The notes beneath the pieces are model-generated. The model ran no database searches. It saw only the letters and a list, made by a program, of their open reading frames with translations, and was not told where the DNA came from. From assembly GCA_963555815.3 (NCBI GenBank), contig CAUVWX020000001.1, positions 640,001 through 704,000 of the forward strand: DNA of 64,000 nucleotides, read 5' to 3'. Source of the DNA: a bacterium (lineage in GTDB: Bacteria; UBA8248; JACPRG01; G963555815). Shown here one piece after another: positions 58,725-64,000 of the stretch (positions within the stretch are counted from its first letter, which is position 1; each line of letters opens with the position of its first letter). The position numbers were made by a program, and so were the translations under genes.

Positions 58725-61722
58725 GCACGACTTCCTTTGTTGGCTCTATGTGCAGCTGTTTCAGAAAGCCGCGGATTAGATTCTGTGCGTCCCAAGGATC
58801 AGCGACTTCGAGAAATGCCCAGCGCCCGAACCCGCCATGATTGTTGATAGCCGACACCCACAACGAGCGCGCCGTGGCGACCTTGGCGGCCTTGTCTTTC
58901 TTCTTCTCTCCGGTCACTTCGACGATCAGGTTCAAGAGGTCATCCGGGCCGCGACCGTCTTCAATGCAGGCGACGAAGTCGGGGATGTAGTTCTTCTCCT
59001 CGCCGTTTAGCGTGTAGGGGATGGTGAAGCCGAGGTTGTGATTTTTGACGTAGTGGATGACCTCGGGCATGTTTTCCAGGGCTTCGGCCATTTTCTGCTC
59101 CCACGAGTCGGTATCGGCGACGACGTGGGAGATGTGGCACTTGTCGGCGCGGGTTGCAAAGACGGGCCGGGTAGTGTCGAAGTCAACATAACGGGTGGAG
59201 CCGATGGTGTCATACGGTCGCAGGATGGGCTGGAACGCTGCCGTGCCGTCCGTCGAGGCGACGATAGCCTTGTAAATACGGTCTGCGGCGTGGTGCGCTA
59301 ATTCGGTCAGCAGCAGCAGTTGCGGGAAGCTGTTGTCCTTGAGCGTGACGCATTCGTTGAGCCAGCATTTGGCAATGCCGAGCAGTTGCGGGAAGAACCA
59401 TGGCTTGTCGTTGCCGTTGTCGTCGCGGAAGTATTTTTCCAGCGTGAGCTTGGCCAGCAGGAAGGCCACTTCGTTGGCCCGGCGGCGCTTGAGATCGTCG
59501 AGGGTGTGGATGCTGGACTCGCCGACGATGGGCGCGTTCTCGGTCTGGGTGGGGATGTCGGCAGTGGAAAGCGTGAGATTGGATTCGTCGGTGAAGGTCG
59601 CGGTGAGGCGTTCACCTGCCACGTCGTAGCGGTAGCCGAGCAGCCGGGGAAAGGTGATCTCGCAGTCGATGCGGCTTTCCAGGGCGCGGACGCGAGTGGG
59701 CAGCGGTCCGGTCTTGGGGTTTGTGGTTGCGCCGCTGCAGGGGATGAAAGAAAACGGCACACCATAAACTTCGGCGTATTCGGGGCTGAAACGCCCCTTT
59801 GCGTCAGCGGCATAACTCATGCGCCGCAGGGCGCGCCCGACCACCTGCTCGCATAGCAATTGCGTTCCGAAGGCGCGTACGCCAAGAACATGGGTGACGG
59901 TGTTGGCATCCCAGCCCTCGGTGAGCATGGAGACGCTGACCACGCACTTCACTTGCTCGCCGAGTTTGCCGGCCTTGCCCACGGTGTTCATGACCTCACG
60001 AAGAAGGTCTTTGTCGGTCAGATTCTCCGCATCGCGGCCGGGGAAGCGTGCTCGGTATTCAGCCTTGAATTCTTCGATTTCTCGGGCGGCGACCTTCTTG
60101 AATTCGTTGCTCATTGATTCGCCGGATTCGAGTTGTTGGCTGTCCACCCGGACGCTGCTCGGGCGTTGTAGCCAGCCACCTTTGCCGTCGTCGTTGCAGA
60201 AGATGGGCAGTTGCCCGGCCTGGACGATAGTTTCTTCGCCGATCTGCTTTTCCCATCCGGCAACAAAGTCGAAGACCAACTTGGAGACGTTGGTGTCGTT
60301 GCAGACGACGATGAACACCGGCGGCGTGATACCGCGTGCTCGGGCTTCGGTATTTTTCTCCCACAGGCGGTAATACTTCTCGTAGTTGCCGTAGAGACTG
60401 AGTAGCGCACCTTGCAGTTCGATGGGGAGATTCGGTTCGCCCCCCAACTTATCGGTTTTGTGGCCCTTTTTGGGTAGATGCTCGCGGATGCGGAGCCACA
60501 GGTCGCGGTAGGTGGGCTGCGCACCTGTCATCGAGTCATCAGCCACCGGCACGCGCGGCACTTTGACGACACCGGCCTCGATGGCGTCAATTAGCGAAAA
60601 ATCCGAGACCACCCACGGGAAAAGTGTGCCTTCGGAATAGCCCGAACCACGCAGAAAAAACGGCGTGGCCGAAAGATCGTAAATGGCCTTCACTCCGATC
60701 TTGGTCTTCACGGCCTCTAGGCCGGAAATCCAGACGCGAGCCTCTTGGTCGCGTTGCTTGGCTTCAACGCGATCATCGCCGGTGAGTTTTTCATCCTCGG
60801 CGTCGGGTTTGCGGCGGTAGCAATGATGGGCCTCGTCGTTAAAGACGATGATGTTCTTTTTGGTTCTCAACTCGCGGCAGACGCGGCGCACCATCTGGTC
60901 GGGAGTCTCGGTGAACGGACTTGACGGCCCATCGGCGAGAATCGACTTCGTGATCTTTCCGGCGGCAACTCTCTCGCGCAGTTGGAAGGTGTGGTAGTTG
61001 GTGATGATGATTTTGGCTTGTCCGAGCTGGTCCTGCAGTTGGGCCGGGACAATGTCACGCTGGCGGTAGTAATTGTCTGGGTCGTTCGGCAACAGCACGC
61101 GTAGCCGGTCGCGGATGGTGATGCCGGGCGTGACGATCAGGAAGGTGTCGGAAAAGCGGGCGTCCTGCGGGTTGGTGCGCTTGTTGAGAGTGTGCCAAGC
61201 GATGAGCATGGCCATGACGACGGTTTTGCCTGAGCCGGTTGCCATCTTGAACGCCGTACGCGGCAGTCCGGGGTTCGATGTATCGTTCGCCTCGCGTATC
61301 GCGTTCTCTATCCATGCATCCCCGTACTTCTTTGCCACCTCGGCAATGTAGATAGCGGTTTCAAGGGCTTCGGTCTGGCAGAAGAATAGTTTCTTCTCGC
61401 GGTTGGGGTCGGTCCAATAGGCAATCAACCCTCCGGTAGTCGCCGTCACGCCAACGTAGCCGCCCTTGCGCCATAATGCGACGCGGCGACGGATATCGTT
61501 GACGAGCTTGTTTTCTTCGATGCGATCCTGCGTCCATTCCGTGTCGAACTGAAGGTGTTTGGACCCCTTTTTCTTTGGCCTCGCTATGGGTACGAAGTAC
61601 GAACTGGTCCGGCGGCCGTCGGCGATCTCGTCGGTGATGCCCTCGTCGCTAAACCTGAAATGGCGGGTCGGCTCGTCGAAAGGCGAGTTGATGATCGGGT
61701 TCTCGATGACAACTTGGCTCAT
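58717..61722 (-). CDS. type III-like restriction endonuclease/helicase (Res)
   Basis: 1001 aa; KMATGSGKT, NDEAHHCY, LSATP, MLTEGWD, QVVGRALRR, C-terminal YIPDF...IVEVTG nuclease. Confidence 0.9.
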   Translation of the reverse strand: MSQVVIENPIINSPFDEPTRHFRFSDEGITDEIADGRRTSSYFVPIARPKKKGSKHLQFDTEWTQDRIEENKLVNDIRRRVALWRKGGYVGVTATTGGLIAYWTDPNREKKLFFCQTEALETAIYIAEVAKKYGDAWIENAIREANDTSNPGLPRTAFKMATGSGKTVVMAMLIAWHTLNKRTNPQDARFSDTFLIVTPGITIRDRLRVLLPNDPDNYYRQRDIVPAQLQDQLGQAKIIITNYHTFQLRERVAAGKITKSILADGPSSPFTETPDQMVRRVCRELRTKKNIIVFNDEAHHCYRRKPDAEDEKLTGDDRVEAKQRDQEARVWISGLEAVKTKIGVKAIYDLSATPFFLRGSGYSEGTLFPWVVSDFSLIDAIEAGVVKVPRVPVADDSMTGAQPTYRDLWLRIREHLPKKGHKTDKLGGEPNLPIELQGALLSLYGNYEKYYRLWEKNTEARARGITPPVFIVVCNDTNVSKLVFDFVAGWEKQIGEETIVQAGQLPIFCNDDGKGGWLQRPSSVRVDSQQLESGESMSNEFKKVAAREIEEFKAEYRARFPGRDAENLTDKDLLREVMNTVGKAGKLGEQVKCVVSVSMLTEGWDANTVTHVLGVRAFGTQLLCEQVVGRALRRMSYAADAKGRFSPEYAEVYGVPFSFIPCSGATTNPKTGPLPTRVRALESRIDCEITFPRLLGYRYDVAGERLTATFTDESNLTLSTADIPTQTENAPIVGESSIHTLDDLKRRRANEVAFLLAKLTLEKYFRDDNGNDKPWFFPQLLGIAKCWLNECVTLKDNSFPQLLLLTELAHHAADRIYKAIVASTDGTAAFQPILRPYDTIGSTRYVDFDTTRPVFATRADKCHISHVVADTDSWEQKMAEALENMPEVIHYVKNHNLGFTIPYTLNGEEKNYIPDFVACIEDGRGPDDLLNLIVEVTGEKKKDKAAKVATARSLWVSAINNHGGFGRWAFLEVADPWDAQNLIRGFLKQLHIEPTKEVVHG

Positions 61723-61873
61723 TTCGGCATGCCCGCGAAGTGTGTAAGCTCTTGCACGGTGTCGAGTCCGTCAATCCAATGAGGTTGGGGAATTGTGCAA
61801 GACAATGCCCCCATGCTTCGCGAGCATCGTCTCGATGAGCTTGCCAGACTATCTCTCGGCTCGGTCGTTCCGC

Positions 61874-62296
61874 TCATGCGCCGTTCCATGGGTCGAATAT
61901 TTCGATCCCCATGTCGTCAAAGTCACGAATGTTGCGCGTTGCCAAGGCCATACCGCGCGCCCGAGCAATCGTCGCGATCTGGCAATCGGCTTGCGCGATC
62001 GGCCGGCCCCGTCGACGCCGTGCGGCGGCGATCCCGGCATAGGCGCGCGCCGCGCCACTGTCGAACGGCAGGATACGATTCGCAAAGCCCGTTTCCAGCA
62101 TCCGATCGAGGCCCGCCGCAAGGCCGTCCCGGCGCTTGCCCGGCGGCATGACCGCAAGACCGAAGCGCAACTCGGCCTCGGTCACCGCCGTCAGAAACAG
62201 GCTCGATGTCGCACGTTCTGCGACCCACGACGCAATCACGGGATCGGGCGCCGGGCGCATCAACTCGGACACGACATTGGTATCGAGAACAAACAT
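61874..62296 (-). CDS. vapC: PIN-domain toxin VapC/FitB
   Basis: VLDTNVVSELMR, TEAELRFG, ADCQIATIA, LATRNIRDF. Confidence 0.93.
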   Translation of the reverse strand: MFVLDTNVVSELMRPAPDPVIASWVAERATSSLFLTAVTEAELRFGLAVMPPGKRRDGLAAGLDRMLETGFANRILPFDSGAARAYAGIAAARRRRGRPIAQADCQIATIARARGMALATRNIRDFDDMGIEIFDPWNGA

Positions 62297-62305
62297 CGGC
62301 GAGCC

Positions 62306-62548
62306 TCAACTGAAGTCGGGAGGCTCGCGCATCGGTTCGCGTGGCGGTAGTTCGAGGTCCACGCCACCCAATGGCGCAAAGCACTCTTGGATGAAACTAG
62401 CTAGGTTCTCAGGTTCGGCTTTCCGGCCGATCGCCTCGCGCAGGATGACCCGTGCCTCCTCTTCCATCGAACGACCGTTGGCGGATGCGCGAATCCGAAG
62501 TCGGGTCTTCACATCGTCGTCGAGGTGGCGGATCGTGATGCTCGCCAT
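62306..62548 (-). CDS. FitA-like ribbon-helix-helix antitoxin
   Basis: MASITIRHLDDDVKTRLRIRASANGRSMEEEARVIL; GGAGG RBS; directly upstream of vapC. Confidence 0.9.
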   Translation of the reverse strand: MASITIRHLDDDVKTRLRIRASANGRSMEEEARVILREAIGRKAEPENLASFIQECFAPLGGVDLELPPREPMREPPDFS

Positions 62549-63059
62549 TGTTACACCTCCTTGTCTGTAACAAGCTTATACGACGATTGCGTTGCAATCA
62601 AGGCCGTCGCCTGTGCATCCAGGTAAAGAGCGCGTGGCTGACGTCCGAGCAGAAGTGGTCACACCAGGAGCTTGTTCCCGTAATCCGCTTAGGACCGGAA
62701 ACGATCGTGGAGTGTAAGAAGGTTGAGGCATGGCTAAAGACGTTTCGTGAATGGGACATGGCTCAGTCGGCACGGTCGCCATCCCGGACAGGGTAGCCAA
62801 CGGCGTGCTCGGTCGGCTCGGCAGCCTTCCTGCAGGGATTGATTCAGGGACGGGAGCGACCCTCCGGGAGGGTGGCATGGGCGTGCACATGACCACCCTC
62901 TGGAATGCCGACCCAGGCAGTCCAAATAGGGGGATCGCTCCCGTCCATCCTCATCGACAGACAGGCCCAACTCCTGGGCGGCCTTCCGCCGCTCGGCGTC
63001 TGCGGCCTCTTTTCCGTCCCGAACCCGCGCCGTCTCGCTGCGTCGAGCGACGGCGCTCT

Positions 63060-63206
63060 TCAGCTCCGCGTCGATGCGGATGCGCCGGATGGAAGCTCCT
63101 TGGCGGCGGCGACACGCGTGCGCACCTCGGAGAGAGATGTCTCTGCGCCGTCGGAAAGCGCCTTAAGAACCGGGAGCATGAACGATTGAAAGTCAGGGAC
63201 GGGCAT
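63060..63206 (-). pseudogene. mrr: N-terminal remnant of Mrr restriction endonuclease
   Basis: MPVPDFQSFMLPVLKALSDGAETSLSEVRTRVAAA resembles Mrr_N; stops after 48 aa. Confidence 0.7.
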
Positions 63207-63747
63207 CTGTCTTCGCTCCTCTACGCCGCCGTTTGCCGGGGCTTCACGCGATCGGCGATCTGACGGCCCTCGTCGATCTCGGCCCTGCTCGTTCGCGTTG
63301 CGCCGTCCTCGCTGCCCGGCCGGTGCGCTGCGGTAGCAGTGGCTAACCGGTTCCCGCGTGACACCCCACACTCATGGGAATTGTATGGGAATTATATCGA
63401 AAAGTACCATTCCGCTCTTTGCCTGATTAACTATGCCATTGTTGAATTGACAACGCGGGGCGTCTGGCTCGCTCCTGAGAGTGCTTTCTAGGTTCCTGCT
63501 TCTTTGCCGATGGCGCAGACCTGAACGAATGGATGGTTCGCCGGGGTCACGCTCTGGCGTACCGCGAATACTCGACCCGCTACGTTGAAGCCGAGTAGCG
63601 CGGCCCGTCAGGAAAAGCTCGGCATGTGGGGGGGGTAAGTTTATCGAGCCGTGGACTAAAGATAACATTTCACATTTGCATTAGACAAGGACACCGGATC
63701 TGTTGTTGTTAGTCATCGCAAAAAATACTAGGCGGAGGGGACAGGCA

Positions 63748-64000
63748 ATGAACAGACTACCTCTTCTGTTCTCGTTCAAAGAGATGGTCTTTGGGGATGG
63801 TTTTCTGGCAGAAGTCGTTGCGAAGGGCCGAATGTTGGCAGAAAAAGAAAAGGGTGGCGTTTGGATCTACGGTGTTCAGCCCGGCGGTTTGTCCGCAGGG
63901 GGTAAAGACGAAAACCAAGCTTATATGGAATTCAAAAGCACGTTCATAGAAATTCTGTCTCATATGGCTAAGAAATCGACTTACGAGGAATTCAAGGAAG
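63748..64000 (+). CDS. hypothetical protein, truncated by the window end
   Basis: GGAGG RBS then open frame MNRLPLLFSFKEMVFGDGFLAEVVAKGRMLAEKEKGGVWIYGVQPGGLSAGG...; not in the ORF track. Confidence 0.6.
   Translation, partial: MNRLPLLFSFKEMVFGDGFLAEVVAKGRMLAEKEKGGVWIYGVQPGGLSAGGKDENQAYMEFKSTFIEILSHMAKKSTYEEFKE

Larger units (their letters stand above)
48742..64000. mobile_element. genomic island next to tRNA-Ser(GCT); right end not in window
   Basis: Large serine recombinase, DUF2924, DUF5681, ParB-methylase, IS remnants, R-M and TA genes; codon style changes after the tRNA; no second att copy seen. Confidence 0.75.

Noticed and set aside
48742..64000. Intact prophage
   Set aside because: No capsid, portal, large terminase or tail genes in the window.

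Overview
GC-rich bacterial chromosome segment spanning the replication-origin region. The taxon cannot be determined from the sequence. Housekeeping content: rpmH-rnpA-yidD-yidC-jag-rsmG-parS-parA-parB-gpsA, purE-tsaC, rarA, yicC-gmk-coaBC-udg, rqcH, dnaA-oriC-gyrB-gyrA-serS and two tRNA-Ser genes. The most striking feature is a 2,868-bp IS1-family cargo element (36820-39687) with perfect 16-bp terminal inverted repeats and an 8-bp target duplication, inserted just upstream of the dnaA promoter. It carries a Panacea-antitoxin/Doc-toxin pair, a HARE-HTH protein, an intact transposase and an unannotated 91-nt 8/4 'allo-tRNA'-like gene with a UAA anticodon. That gene is overlapped on the opposite strand by a promoter- and terminator-bounded structured RNA of about 230 nt. 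Other notable items: a Tes/GDGT-MAS-architecture radical SAM enzyme with a methyltransferase and a MerT-like protein; two adjacent secreted-protein genes each broken by one in-frame stop; a rearranged origin region (rpmH far from dnaA; no dnaN/recF or mnmE/mnmG at their usual positions); and a serine-recombinase island after tRNA-Ser(GCT) with a type III-like R-M pair, vapBC, an Mrr remnant and IS debris. All family assignments come from motif recognition by eye; no searches were run.
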